The notes: generated by a model not told the origin, from the sequence alone. DNA of 64,000 nt from Escherichia coli (GCF_017348835.2 NZ_CP071375.1); one strand, 5' to 3'; counted from the stretch's first letter, positions 13,662 to 29,492 are shown. Numbers and translations are program-made.

Positions 13662-14956
13662 AGACGCATCCCCTTCCCTTTGCGATGTAGCATCAAAGAA
13701 ACCAGAAACGCCACCACGGCCATCAAGGTCACATACCAGAAGAAGGCTGTTTCCATTCCTATTGATTTCAGCGACAACGCTACGTACTCCGCCGAACCAC
13801 CAAATATAGCATTAGCGACCGCATATGACAGACCAACGCCTAATGCGCGAACCTGTGCCGGGAACATCTCAGCCTTCAGTATTCCACTGATTGATGTATA
13901 AAAACTCACTATCAGCAGGGCACACATCACCAGACCAAAAGCGGCATAAGGCGAGGAAACGTTTTGCAATGCTGAGAGAATAGGAACGGTAAAAATGGCT
14001 GCCAGCGAACCGAAACATAACATTGAGGTACGGCGACCAATCTTATCCGACAGCGCGCCAATGAGTGGTTGAATAAGCATGAATACAAACAATGCGGCAG
14101 TCATAATGCCACTCGCCACGTTGGCATGCATTCCCGCAGTATTTACCAGATACTTCTGCATATAAGTGGTGAAGGTATAGAAACAAAGGGAGCCCGCAGC
14201 GGTAAAACCGAGAACCATGATGAATGCACGGCGATTGCGCCATAATCCTTTCAGAGATCCAGCTTCTTTTAAAGCGCGCGTTTCTTGTTGCGAAGTTTCA
14301 TCTAACTGACGACGTAACCACAACGCCACAACAGCTAACACAGCTCCTAACGCGAAAGGAATACGCCATCCCCACTCTCTGAGTGCAGCGTCTTCCATGG
14401 TGTGTTGTAAAACCACGACAACCAGTAGGGCTAGCAGTTGTCCGCCGATCAACGTCACATACTGAAATGATGCGTAAAAACCTTTGCGCCCTTCAACGGC
14501 AACTTCACTCATATAGGTGGCGCTGGTGCCATATTCTCCGCCAACGGATAATCCCTGAAATAAACGCGCGAGAAGCAATAATGCCGGAGCCCACGTACCG
14601 ATTGTTTCATAACCAGGCAAACAGGCGATTACCAGTGAGCCGAAACACATCATACACACCGATAGCAGCATCGATTTTTTGCGACCATGTTTATCGGCTA
14701 TGCGGCCAAATAGCCAACCGCCTATTGGGCGCATCAGGAATCCCGCAGCAAAAACACCTGCTGTTTGTAGTAGTTGAGTCGTCGTGTTCCCGGAAGGGAA
14801 GAAGATGTGGGCAAAGTAGAGTGAACAGAACGAGTAGACATAGAAATCGAACCACTCGACCAGATTACCTGAAGAGGCCCCCACAATCGCCCAAATGCGG
14901 CGACGAGTATCACTACTTGTCAGTTTGCTGTCTGCCGTTACAGTACTTTCAGCCAT
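13658..14956 (-). CDS. kgtP: Alpha-ketoglutarate:H+ symporter (MFS transporter)
   Basis: ORF 13658..15058; start chosen at [11 protein letters not shown] (432 aa); 12-TM major-facilitator architecture. Confidence 0.9.
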
Positions 14957-15189
14957 GCCATTATGTCTCCTGCCGTAATCCGATGCTTTTGTCGGTCGCT
15001 TTTGTTTATTTCTTTTGGTAAAGAAAATGTTATACATTTGTTGCGTATCATTATGCAACCTTAACCATGAATTTAGTTAGCAGGAAAATGGTTATTGAGG
15101 AGCTTAAGGATAAATTTCTGGTAAGGAGGACACGTATGGAAGTAGGCAAGTTGGGGAAACCGTATCCGTTGCTGAATCTGGCATATGTG

Positions 15190-15222
15190 GGAGTATAAGA
15201 CGCGCAGCGTCGCATCAGGCAT
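15190..15222. repeat. REP (repetitive extragenic palindromic) element
   Basis: Sequence gtataagacgcgcagcgtcgcatcaggca matches the canonical E. coli REP consensus. Confidence 0.5.
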
Positions 15223-15240
15223 TTTTTTCTGCGCCAATGC

Positions 15241-15272
15241 AAAAAGGCCATCCTGACGGATGACCTTTCGCT
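15241..15272 (-). terminator. rrn operon terminator downstream of 5S rRNA
   Basis: Hairpin aaaggtcatccgtcaggatggcctttt on the minus strand immediately 3' of the 5S gene. Confidence 0.55.
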
Positions 15273-15279
15273 TAATTTG

Positions 15280-15399
15280 ATGCCTGGCAGTTCCCTACTC
15301 TCGCATGGGGAGACCCCACACTACCATCGGCGCTACGGCGTTTCACTTCTGAGTTCGGCATGGGGTCAGGTGGGACCACCGCGCTACTGCCGCCAGGCA
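15280..15399 (-). rRNA. rrfG: 5S ribosomal RNA
   Basis: 120-nt reverse-complement match to the E. coli 5S sequence (TGCCTGGCGGC...CTGCCAGGCAT). Confidence 0.95.
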
Positions 15400-15493
15400 A
15401 ATTCTGTCGTATTAACCCGCTTACCGCCGGTTAATCTAATCTGTATCAGGCTGAAAATCTTCTCTCAATCCGCCAAAACACCTTCGGCGTTGT

Positions 15494-18398
<2,905 letters not shown>

Positions 18399-18591
18399 TC
18401 ACAACCCGAAGATGTTTCTTGCGATCCATCATCTTGTTGCGAAAATTTGAGAGACTCACGAACAACTTTCGTTGTTCAGTGTTTCAATTTTCAGCTTGAT
18501 CCAGATTTTTAAAGAGCAAATATCTCAAACATCACCCGAAGATGAGTTTTGAGATATTAAGGCAGGTGACTTTCACTCACAAACCAGCAAG

Positions 18592-18667
18592 TGGCGTCCC
18601 CTAGGGGATTCGAACCCCTGTTACCGCCGTGAAAGGGCGGTGTCCTGGGCCTCTAGACGAAGGGGAC
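18592..18667 (-). tRNA. gltW: tRNA-Glu (anticodon UUC), 16S-23S spacer tRNA
   Basis: 76-nt reverse-complement match to GTCCCCTTCGTCTAGAGGCCCAGGACACCGCCCTTTCACGGCGGTAACAGGGGTTCGAATCCCCTAGGGGACGCCA. Confidence 0.95.
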
Positions 18668-18752
18668 GTATCAGTCTGCTTCGCAAGACGCCTTGCTTTT
18701 CACTTTCTATCAGACAATCTGTGTGAGCACTACAAAGAACGCTTCTTTAAGG

Positions 18753-20294
<1,542 letters not shown>

Positions 20295-20418
20295 AAAAGT
20301 TTGATGCTCAAAGAATTAAACTTCGTAATGAATTACGTGTTCACTCTTGAGACTTGGTATTCATTTTTCGTCTTGCGACGTTAAGAATCCGTATCTTCGA
20401 GTGCCCACACAGATTGTC

Positions 20419-20438
20419 TGATAAATTGTTAAAGAGCA
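20419..20438 (-). promoter_or_regulatory. rrn leader boxA antitermination element
   Basis: Minus-strand sequence TGCTCTTTAACAATTTATCA, the conserved rrn boxA. Confidence 0.7.
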
Positions 20439-20469
20439 GTGCCGCTTCGCTTTTTCTCAGCGGCGCGAG

Positions 20470-20505
20470 GTGTGCATAATACGCTTTCCCGCTACAGAGT
20501 CAAGC
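20470..20505 (-). promoter_or_regulatory. rrn P2 promoter
   Basis: Minus strand reads TTGACT - 16 nt - TATTAT followed by GCACACC, as in rrn P2. Confidence 0.65.
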
Positions 20506-20589
20506 ATTTATTTTTGCTTTCTCTGCCGGAATTCTCAGGAGAACCCCGCTGACCCGGCGGCGTGTTTGCCGTTGTTCCGTGTCAGTGGT

Positions 20590-20700
20590 GGCGCATTATA
20601 GGGAGTTATTCCGGCCTGACAAGCGAAAAATATAAAAACTTTATCGTTCGCTCATTTTTCAGACAAAACATCTTAAATATAGTCTTTTCCGTCTAACTTA
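20590..20700 (-). promoter_or_regulatory. rrn P1 promoter with upstream A/T-rich UP element and Fis region
   Basis: Minus strand reads CTTGTCAGGCCGGAATAACTCCCTATAATGCGCCACCACTGAC (the rrn P1 core) preceded by an A/T-rich tract. Confidence 0.7.
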
Positions 20701-20705
20701 TAGAC

Positions 20706-20735
20706 AAAAACGAGCCCCGAAGGGCTCGTTTTATC
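20706..20735. terminator. Hairpin terminator 3' of clpB
   Basis: Inverted repeat aaaacgagccccgaagggctcgtttt. Confidence 0.55.
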
Positions 20736-20737
20736 AT

Positions 20738-23311
20738 TTACTGGACGGCGACAATCCGGTCTTCATTAACTTCCAGGCGAATCACTTTACCCGGAACCAA
20801 TTCACCAGACAGTATTTGCTGTGCCAGCGGGTTTTCGATCTGCTGCTGAATTGCACGTTTCAGAGGACGTGCACCATAGACCGGATCGTAACCGTTCTCG
20901 CTCAGCAGTTTCAGCGCCTCGTCAGAAATGTGGATTTCATAACCACGTTCTTCCAGACGTTTATACAGACGTTTCAATTGAATCTGCGCAATCGACGCAA
21001 TGTGCTGTTCACCCAGCGGATGGAAGACCACCACTTCATCGATACGGTTAATGAATTCCGGACGGAAGTTATGGCTAACCACACCGAGCACCAGCTCTTT
21101 CATGTGCGCATAATCCAGTTCACCGAAGCGTTCCTGAATCAGATCGGAACCGAGGTTAGAGGTCATAATGACAACCGTATTACGGAAGTCGACCGTTCTC
21201 CCCTGCCCGTCAGTCAGACGCCCATCATCCAGTACCTGCAACAGAATATTGAAGACATCCGGATGCGCTTTTTCCACTTCATCCAGCAGGATGACGGAAT
21301 ACGGACGACGACGCACCGCTTCGGTCAGGTAGCCACCTTCTTCATAACCGACATATCCCGGAGGCGCACCAACCAGACGAGACACCGAGTGTTTCTCCAT
21401 AAACTCGGACATATCGATACGGACCATCGCCTCGTCGCTATCAAACATAAAGTTCGCCAGCGCCTTACAAAGCTCTGTTTTCCCCACACCAGTTGGGCCG
21501 AGGAACAGGAATGAACCAATCGGGCGATTTGGATCCGCCAGCCCCGCACGGCTACGACGAATAGCGTTAGATACCGCATCAACCGCTTCGTTCTGACCAA
21601 TTACGCGATGGTGCAGTTCTTGCTCCATACGCAGCAGTTTTTCGCGCTCGCTTTCCATCATGCGAGAAACCGGAATCCCCGTCCAACGCGCCAGCACTTC
21701 AGCAATTTCAGCGTCGGTCACTTTATTACGCAACAGACGCATAGTTTTGCCTTCGAGCTGCGTTGCGGCTTCCAGTTGCTTTTCCAGTTCCGGGATTTTG
21801 CCGTATTGCAGTTCAGACATCCGCGCCAGGTCACCCACACGGCGAGCCTGTTCAATAGCGATTTTCGCCTGTTCCAGTTCCGCTTTAATGGTCTGCGTAC
21901 CAGAAAGCGATGCCTTCTCTGCTTTCCACTCTTCTTCTAACTCGGAGTACTGACGTTCTTTGTCGCTCAGTTCTTCGTTGAGCATATCCAGACGTTTTTT
22001 ACTGGCTTCATCAGACTCTTTCATTAACGCCTGTTGTTCCAGTTTGAGCTGGATGATACGGCGATCGAGTCGGTCGAGTTCTTCTGGTTTTGAGTCAATC
22101 TGCATACGAATGCTGGATGCTGCTTCATCGATCAGGTCGATGGCTTTATCCGGCAGCTGACGGTCAGCAATGTAGCGATGAGACAACGTCGCCGCTGCAA
22201 CAATTGCCGGGTCAGTAATTTGCACATGGTGGTGCAATTCGTAACGTTCTTTCAGGCCACGCAGAATCGCAATGGTATCTTCAACAGAAGGCTCGGCAAC
22301 AAACACTTTCTGGAAACGACGTTCCAGCGCAGCATCTTTTTCGATGTACTGGCGATATTCGTCAAGCGTCGTGGCACCTACGCAGTGCAATTCACCACGC
22401 GCCAGCGCCGGTTTCAGCATGTTTCCGGCGTCCATTGCGCCATCGGCTTTACCCGCGCCGACCATGGTATGTAATTCGTCGATAAACAGGATGACGTTGC
22501 CTTCCTGTTTGGCAAGGTCGTTAAGCACGCCTTTTAAACGTTCTTCAAACTCACCGCGATATTTCGCCCCAGCCACCAGCGCGCCCATATCCAGCGCCAG
22601 TACCCGGCGGCCTTTCAACCCTTCCGGCACTTCGCCGTTGATAATACGCTGCGCCAGACCTTCAACGATGGCAGTTTTACCGACGCCGGGTTCACCAATC
22701 AGTACCGGGTTATTTTTAGTACGACGTTGCAGCACCTGAATGGTACGGCGAATTTCTTCATCACGACCAATCACCGGATCGAGTTTGCCCTGTTCGGCTC
22801 GTTCGGTAAGGTCGATGGTATATTTTTTCAAAGCCTGACGTTGGTCTTCAGCACCTTGATCGTTCACGCTTTCACCTCCACGCATTTGTTCAATCGCTTG
22901 AGTAATGTTGGCGGTGGTCGCCCCTGCTGCTTTCAGGATGTCGGCCAGTGTGCCGCGAGACTCAAGTGCCGCCAGAACGAACAGTTCTGACGAGATAAAG
23001 TTATCACCACGTTTTTGCGCCAGCTTGTCGCAAAGATTAAGAACGCGCACCAGATCCTGTGATGGCTGGACATCACCACCAGTACCTTCAACCTGCGGTA
23101 AACGATTTAATGCCTGATTGATATCTGTGCGCAACTGGCCAGCATTTATGCCAGCGGATGTTAATAAAGGACTAACCGAACCCCCTTCCTGATTCAGCAG
23201 GGCGCTCATTAAATGAAGTGGTTCGATAAATTGGTTGTCGTGCCCGAGTGCAAGTGATTGGGCATCGGCAAGAGCAAGCTGGAATTTATTAGTAAGACGA
23301 TCCAGACGCAT
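20738..23311 (-). CDS. clpB: Hsp100 disaggregase chaperone ClpB
   Basis: ORF 20738..23323; start chosen at [10 protein letters not shown] (857 aa); two AAA+ modules with Walker A/B and a coiled-coil middle domain. E. coli ClpB is known to have a second internal GTG translation start producing a shorter isoform. Confidence 0.95.
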
Positions 23312-23344
23312 AACTCCTCCCATAACGGATCAAAGTTGCTACTG

Positions 23345-23382
23345 GAGATTAAATGAGGTCATCCCTCAATTATTCAAGGTTA
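23345..23382 (-). promoter_or_regulatory. Sigma-32 (heat-shock) promoter of clpB
   Basis: Minus strand reads CTTGAA - 14 nt - CCTCATTTA, fitting the sigma-32 consensus (CTTGAAA / CCCCATnT). Confidence 0.6.
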
Positions 23383-23440
23383 TTGACCAGATTAATGTGA
23401 AAAGAAAATCACGCGTACCGGATCGTCTTGATTCTTTAGG

Positions 23441-24172
23441 TTATATCAGCCAAATGAAACTTGCCATACGACCGGTGGTCTTGTCGCGACGATAAGAGAA
23501 GAAAGTCTCATTTTCCGTATATGTACAACGGTCGCCGCCGAAAATTTGTTCAACACCAACGCTCGCCAGACGCTGCCGGGCAAGCTGATAAATGTCCGCC
23601 AGATACTTATCACCATGCTGAATGAAAGCTGTACTCGCTTCGGCGTCTACTGCCATAAACGCCTCGCGAACCTCCGCCCCCACTTCAAACGCGCGTGGAC
23701 CAATTGCCGGCCCTAACCAGGCGAGAATATTTTCTGGATTATCAGCAAAACAGGAAACTGTCTCTTCCAGCACGCCTGCGCACAGTCCACGCCAGCCAGC
23801 ATGAGCGGCGGCGACTTCCGTTCCCGCTCGATTGCAAAACAGCACAGGGAGGCAGTCGGCAGTCATCACTGCGCAAACCGTGCCGGGCGTATTGCTATAA
23901 GAGGCATCTGCTCGTTTTGAGGCATAAGGTTCGCCAGTAAGCTTAAGCACATCTTTGCCGTGTACCTGCTCAAGCCAGACCGGTTTAGAAGGCAAATTGC
24001 CCGCAGCAAAAAGTCGCTTGCGATTCTCCTCAACGTGATCCGGGTTATCGCCACAATGGGCACCGAGGTTGAGCGAGTCATACGGGGGCAAGCTCACGCC
24101 GCCGATACGAGTAGAGCTACAGGCCGCAACACCTTTTGGCAGCGGCCACTGCGGAACAATCAGCTTACTCAT
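23441..24172 (-). CDS. yfiH: Purine nucleoside phosphorylase / polyphenol-oxidase-like protein YfiH
   Basis: 243-aa ORF recognised as YfiH (PgeF); overlaps the rluD stop by 4 bp. Confidence 0.9.
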   Translation of the reverse strand: MSKLIVPQWPLPKGVAACSSTRIGGVSLPPYDSLNLGAHCGDNPDHVEENRKRLFAAGNLPSKPVWLEQVHGKDVLKLTGEPYASKRADASYSNTPGTVCAVMTADCLPVLFCNRAGTEVAAAHAGWRGLCAGVLEETVSCFADNPENILAWLGPAIGPRAFEVGAEVREAFMAVDAEASTAFIQHGDKYLADIYQLARQRLASVGVEQIFGGDRCTYTENETFFSYRRDKTTGRMASFIWLI

Positions 24173-25149
24173 AACCAGTCCACTTCATCTTTATGCTCTT
24201 CGAAATCGGCGCGCATCACCTCAATCAGCTCCACCATATCTTGTGGAATAGGCGCATGCCATTCCATTTCGATACCGGAGATCGGGTGATAAAGACGCAG
24301 CATGGTTGCATGAAGCGCCTGGCGGTCAAATTTACGCAGCGTGGAGATAAACGCTTCCGAAGCACCTTTTGGCGGACGCGGACGGCCACCATAAACCGGA
24401 TCGCCCACCAGCGGATGAGTGATATGGGCCATATGCACGCGGATCTGGTGCGTACGTCCAGTTTCCAGACGCAACCGCAGACGCGTGTGCACACGGAAGT
24501 GTTCCATGATGCGATAGTGAGTCACCGCCGGTTTGCCCATCGGATGCACCGCCATGTGAGTACGTTTGGTCGGGTGGCGGCTGATTGGTTCATCTACTGT
24601 ACCGCCAGCGGTCATATGACCAATTGCCACCGCTTCATACTCACGAGTAATTTCACGCCTTTGCAAAGATTCGACTAAACGCGTCTGAGCCGGAACGGTT
24701 TTTGCCACAACCATCAGGCCAGTGGTGTCTTTATCCAGACGATGGACGATGCCCGCACGTGGTACATCGGCAATGGGCGGATAGTAATGAAGCAACGCAT
24801 TCAGTACCGTGCCATCCGGGTTACCCGCGCCAGGATGTACCACCAGATCGCGCGGTTTATTAATGACGATGATATATTCATCTTCATAGACGATATCCAG
24901 CGGGATATCCTGCGGTTCAAAACGCGCTTCTTCTTCAATCTCAGCATTGATGGCAACCTGCTCGCCACCCAATACTTTTTCTTTCGGCTTATCACAAACT
25001 TTGCCGTTTACCAGCACGCGCTGGTCGAGGATCCATTCTTTTATTCGCGAACGTGAATAATCCGGGAACATTTCGGCCAAAGCCTGATCTAAGCGTTGTC
25101 CGAGTTGGTTTTCGGACACCGTTGCAGTGAGCTGTACTCGTTGTGCCAT
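24169..25149 (-). CDS. rluD: 23S rRNA pseudouridine synthase D
   Basis: 326-aa ORF with N-terminal S4 domain and RluA-family catalytic motif HRLDKDTTG. Confidence 0.93.
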   Translation of the reverse strand: MAQRVQLTATVSENQLGQRLDQALAEMFPDYSRSRIKEWILDQRVLVNGKVCDKPKEKVLGGEQVAINAEIEEEARFEPQDIPLDIVYEDEYIIVINKPRDLVVHPGAGNPDGTVLNALLHYYPPIADVPRAGIVHRLDKDTTGLMVVAKTVPAQTRLVESLQRREITREYEAVAIGHMTAGGTVDEPISRHPTKRTHMAVHPMGKPAVTHYRIMEHFRVHTRLRLRLETGRTHQIRVHMAHITHPLVGDPVYGGRPRPPKGASEAFISTLRKFDRQALHATMLRLYHPISGIEMEWHAPIPQDMVELIEVMRADFEEHKDEVDWL

Positions 25150-25283
25150 ATATACTGCTTCTTCGTTTATCGTTGGGGTTTTACGGCTTTGCCGTTTAAT
25201 ATAGTGTGCTATTGTAGCTGGTCTTAACCGGGAGCAGGAACAGAGAATCTCCCGTATTACATTTTGAGGAAAGTCAAAACGTC

Positions 25284-26021
25284 ATGACGCGCATGAAATA
25301 TCTGGTGGCAGCCGCCACACTAAGCCTGTTTTTGGCGGGTTGCTCGGGGTCAAAGGAAGAAGTACCTGATAATCCGCCAAATGAAATTTACGCGACTGCA
25401 CAACAAAAGCTGCAGGACGGTAACTGGAGACAGGCAATAACGCAACTGGAAGCGTTAGATAATCGCTATCCGTTTGGTCCGTATTCGCAGCAGGTGCAGC
25501 TGGATCTCATCTACGCCTACTATAAAAACGCCGATTTGCCGTTAGCGCAGGCTGCCATCGATCGTTTTATTCGCCTAAACCCGACCCATCCGAATATCGA
25601 TTATGTCATGTACATGCGTGGCCTGACCAATATGGCGCTGGATGACAGTGCGCTGCAAGGGTTCTTTGGCGTTGACCGTAGCGATCGCGATCCTCAACAT
25701 GCACGAGCTGCGTTTAGTGACTTTTCCAAACTGGTGCGCGGCTATCCAAACAGTCAGTACACCACCGATGCCACCAAACGTCTGGTATTCCTGAAAGATC
25801 GTCTGGCGAAATATGAATACTCCGTGGCCGAGTACTATACAGAACGTGGCGCATGGGTTGCCGTCGTTAACCGCGTAGAAGGCATGTTGCGCGACTACCC
25901 GGATACCCAGGCTACGCGTGATGCGCTGCCGCTGATGGAAAATGCATACCGTCAGATGCAGATGAATGCGCAAGCTGAAAAAGTAGCGAAAATCATCGCC
26001 GCAAACAGCAGCAATACATAA
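25284..26021 (+). CDS. bamD: Outer-membrane protein assembly factor BamD (TPR lipoprotein)
   Basis: 245-aa ORF with lipoprotein signal (LFLAGCSGS) and TPR-like repeats. Confidence 0.93.
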
Positions 26022-26044
26022 CAGAAACCTGAAACACAAAACGG

Positions 26045-26058
26045 CAGCCCTTGAGCTG
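26045..26058. repeat. Left copy of the IS4 target-site duplication
   Basis: cagcccttgagctg immediately precedes the IS4 left end; the identical 14 bp recur at 27485..27498. Confidence 0.75.
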
Positions 26059-27484
26059 TAATGCCAGTCAGTTAAGCAACTGACTGGCTCTTTTTCGGGG
26101 CTGTGGGGTATTTCCAGGGCCTCTCCTTTACCACTCTCGGGAAGGCCCTTTCCCTTCTTGTCGGTAATTTCACAAGTTGTCCCATACTTGCAAGATCGCG
26201 CATCAGCTCCGGTATACGTCCCGGTGAAGCGCCCTGCAATGTCATCAGCATTCTCATCACCATTCCGCATGATTCTGAGAAGCTCAGTTGATTTGGCCAG
26301 TAACCTTTCAGATGTTCCGCCATTTTAATCATCTGATATCTCACCAGATTATAAGCCAGTAAGACACCCCACAGCTCTTGCTCCACAAGCTCAGGCTTTT
26401 TACTTCTCAGCGTCAGCCTGCTCAGTTGCATCGTCTGTTTTATCTCCCTGTATCCCAGTTCGATTTCCCAGCGATGACTGTACAGATCCGCCATTTCTCC
26501 TCCGGGGAAGCGCATGGCGTCCGTCATCGACGTCAGCAGATGGCAGACTTTTCCTTTGCGCGTCACGGTCAGCAGGCGGGCTGTCACCTCATTTCCCAGT
26601 CCCGGCCACTTTTTTCGTGCCTGCGGGCTGGTTTTCAGCTTCACCAGATGATCGCCTTTACCCAGTTTTCTGATCTCTTCATATTGCGCTCCCTTTCTGA
26701 GAGGGATCATCCAGTGGCGGTGTTCTCCCGCCAGGCTCCAGGCATTTAACAATCCCAGTGAGTAATAACCTTTATCCATTAACGTCAGAGTGTTATCGCC
26801 GGTTTGTTCTATAAGTTGCTCAGCAAGCTCATTTTCGCTGTTCTTCATCGTGCCGAAGGCTGCAGCCGTCAGCAGATGGCTGGTCAGTTCCATCTGGCAG
26901 ACCATTTTGACCTGCGGGTAGAGCGCCGGGGTCCCGGCATGTGTCTGGCGAGGGAAGGCTGCATCGTTCTCTGGTGTATCCGGTGTGCGCCAGAACACAC
27001 CATCGATGGCCAGCAGGGTCAGGCCGCACCAGTGCGGATGCGGCGTGGCGTTATGCCAGAGCTGCGCTGTTTTCGTGAACACGCGGCGGACAGCCTCACT
27101 TCCCAGGCGCTGGCGGGCCTGAATAACAGCACTGGGGGCAACGAAGGTGCGATTGCCCGGCAGCATGATGTCCAGGCGATTCACAATCTGGTGAAGAGGT
27201 TCTTTACGCTCAAGCGCCATGCCAACAATACACCAGACCATCATTTCGAGGGGAAGACGGCGCTTGCGTAGCGTTACAGTACCTGATTCGGCAAGGCAAC
27301 GAGAGATGAGTTCGGGGTCGAGGTAATCTCCCAGAGAAGTCAGTGGGTTACGCAGAGAATCGTAACGGGATACCAGATCAAGAGCCTGTCCAATGTGCAT
27401 AAAAAAATCCGGAAACGAGTGAGCGTTTCCGGATTCTTACACAGCCACTGGATCGGTCAACTGATCCTTAACTGATCGGCATTA
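26059..27484 (-). mobile_element. IS4 insertion sequence, complete (1426 bp)
   Basis: Terminal inverted repeats taatgccagtcagttaag... (left) and ...cttaactgatcggcatta (right), a single 442-aa DDE transposase ORF, and flanking direct repeats. Confidence 0.9.
26072..27400 (-). CDS. insG: IS4 transposase
   Basis: 442-aa ORF ([16 protein letters not shown]...) recognised as the IS4-family DDE transposase. Confidence 0.9.
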   Translation of the reverse strand: MHIGQALDLVSRYDSLRNPLTSLGDYLDPELISRCLAESGTVTLRKRRLPLEMMVWCIVGMALERKEPLHQIVNRLDIMLPGNRTFVAPSAVIQARQRLGSEAVRRVFTKTAQLWHNATPHPHWCGLTLLAIDGVFWRTPDTPENDAAFPRQTHAGTPALYPQVKMVCQMELTSHLLTAAAFGTMKNSENELAEQLIEQTGDNTLTLMDKGYYSLGLLNAWSLAGEHRHWMIPLRKGAQYEEIRKLGKGDHLVKLKTSPQARKKWPGLGNEVTARLLTVTRKGKVCHLLTSMTDAMRFPGGEMADLYSHRWEIELGYREIKQTMQLSRLTLRSKKPELVEQELWGVLLAYNLVRYQMIKMAEHLKGYWPNQLSFSESCGMVMRMLMTLQGASPGRIPELMRDLASMGQLVKLPTRRERAFPRVVKERPWKYPTAPKKSQSVA

Positions 27485-27498
27485 CAGCCCTTGAGCTG
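27485..27498. repeat. Right copy of the IS4 target-site duplication, continuing into the original T tract of the bamD terminator
   Basis: cagcccttgagctg followed by ccgttttttt. Confidence 0.75.
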
Positions 27499-27677
27499 CC
27501 GTTTTTTTATTCTGTCAGTTGTGAAACTGAAGCGATTTAGTCGCTATCGATCTCATCAAATATGGCTCGCTTTGAGATATTCCTCAAGTAAAAAAACACC
27601 TCTTCCTGCGATTTCTCACAAAAAAGATTCGTTGACAAAAAGTGACAAAATTATGAGATTTCCATCACACATTTTGA

Positions 27678-28073
<396 letters not shown>

Positions 28074-28094
28074 TCCTTTATATTGAGTGTATCG

Positions 28095-28120
28095 CCAACG
28101 CGCCTTCGGGCGCGTTTTTT
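28095..28120 (+). terminator. Probable raiA intrinsic terminator
   Basis: Hairpin aacgcgccttcgggcgcgtt followed by a T run. Confidence 0.55.
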
Positions 28121-28176
28121 GTTGACAGCGTGAAAACAGTACGGGTACTGTACTAAAGTCACTTAAGGAAACAAAC

Positions 28177-28224
28177 ATGAAACACATACCGTTTTTCTTC
28201 GCATTCTTTTTTACCTTCCCCTGA
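28177..28224 (+). CDS. pheL: pheA operon leader peptide (Phe-rich, 15 aa)
   Basis: ATG at 28177 encoding [15 protein letters not shown] then stop; seven Phe codons. Confidence 0.85.
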
Positions 28225-28270
28225 ATGGGAGGCGTTTCGTCGTGTGAAACAGAATGCGAAGACGAACAAT

Positions 28271-28301
28271 AAGGCCTCCCAAATCGGGGGGCCTTTTTTA
28301 T
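28271..28301 (+). terminator. pheA attenuator terminator
   Basis: Hairpin aggcctcccaaatcggggggcct followed by tttttta, between pheL and pheA. Confidence 0.7.
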
Positions 28302-28322
28302 TGATAACAAAAAGGCAACACT

Positions 28323-29483
28323 ATGACATCGGAAAACCCATTACTGGCGCTGCGAGAGAAAATCAGCGCGCTGGATGAAAAATTATTAGCATTACTCGCA
28401 GAGCGGCGCGAACTGGCCGTCGAGGTGGGAAAAGCCAAACTGCTCTCGCATCGCCCGGTACGTGATATTGATCGTGAACGCGATTTACTGGAAAGATTAA
28501 TTACGCTCGGTAAAGCGCACCATCTGGACGCCCATTACATTACTCGCCTGTTCCAGCTCATCATTGAAGATTCCGTATTAACTCAGCAGGCTTTGCTCCA
28601 ACAACATCTCAATAAAATTAATCCGCACTCAGCACGCATCGCTTTTCTCGGCCCCAAAGGTTCTTATTCCCATCTTGCGGCGCGCCAGTATGCTGCCCGT
28701 CACTTTGAGCAATTCATTGAAAGTGGCTGCGCCAAATTTGCCGATATTTTTAATCAGGTGGAAACCGGCCAGGCCGACTATGCCGTCGTACCGATTGAAA
28801 ATACCAGCTCCGGTGCCATAAATGACGTTTACGATCTGCTGCAACATACCAGCTTGTCGATTGTTGGCGAGATGACGTTAACTATCGACCATTGTTTGTT
28901 AGTCTCCGGCACGACTGATTTATCCACCATCAATACGGTCTACAGCCATCCGCAGCCATTCCAGCAATGCAGCAAATTCCTTAATCGTTATCCGCACTGG
29001 AAGATTGAATATACCGAAAGTACGTCTGCGGCAATGGAAAAGGTTGCACAGGCAAAATCACCGCATGTTGCTGCGTTGGGAAGCGAAGCTGGCGGCACTT
29101 TGTACGGTTTGCAGGTACTGGAGCGGATTGAAGCGAATCAGCGACAAAACTTCACCCGATTTGTGGTGTTGGCGCGTAAAGCCATTAACGTGTCTGATCA
29201 AGTTCCGGCGAAAACGACGTTGTTAATGGCGACCGGGCAACAAGCCGGTGCGCTGGTTGAAGCGTTGCTGGTACTGCGCAACCACAATCTGATTATGACC
29301 CGTCTGGAATCACGCCCGATTCACGGTAATCCATGGGAAGAGATGTTTTATCTGGATATTCAGGCCAATCTTGAATCAGCGGAAATGCAAAAAGCATTGA
29401 AAGAGTTAGGGGAAATCACCCGTTCAATGAAGGTATTGGGCTGTTACCCAAGTGAGAACGTAGTGCCTGTTGATCCAACCTGA
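28323..29483 (+). CDS. pheA: Bifunctional chorismate mutase / prephenate dehydratase (P-protein)
   Basis: 386-aa ORF with N-terminal chorismate mutase, central prephenate dehydratase and C-terminal ACT domain. Confidence 0.95.
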
Positions 29484-29492
29484 TGAAAAGGT

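Noticed and set aside
20816-22990. Several long plus-strand ORFs (up to 232 aa) antisense to clpB
   Set aside because: They lie entirely within a well-supported, highly conserved gene on the other strand; GC-rich genes commonly yield long spurious antisense ORFs, and none has a plausible ribosome-binding site or recognisable motif.
26059-27484. Possibility that IS4 is part of a composite transposon carrying cargo
   Set aside because: Only a single IS4 copy with its own direct repeats is present and the flanking genes (bamD, raiA) are in their native order; a simple insertion explains the data.
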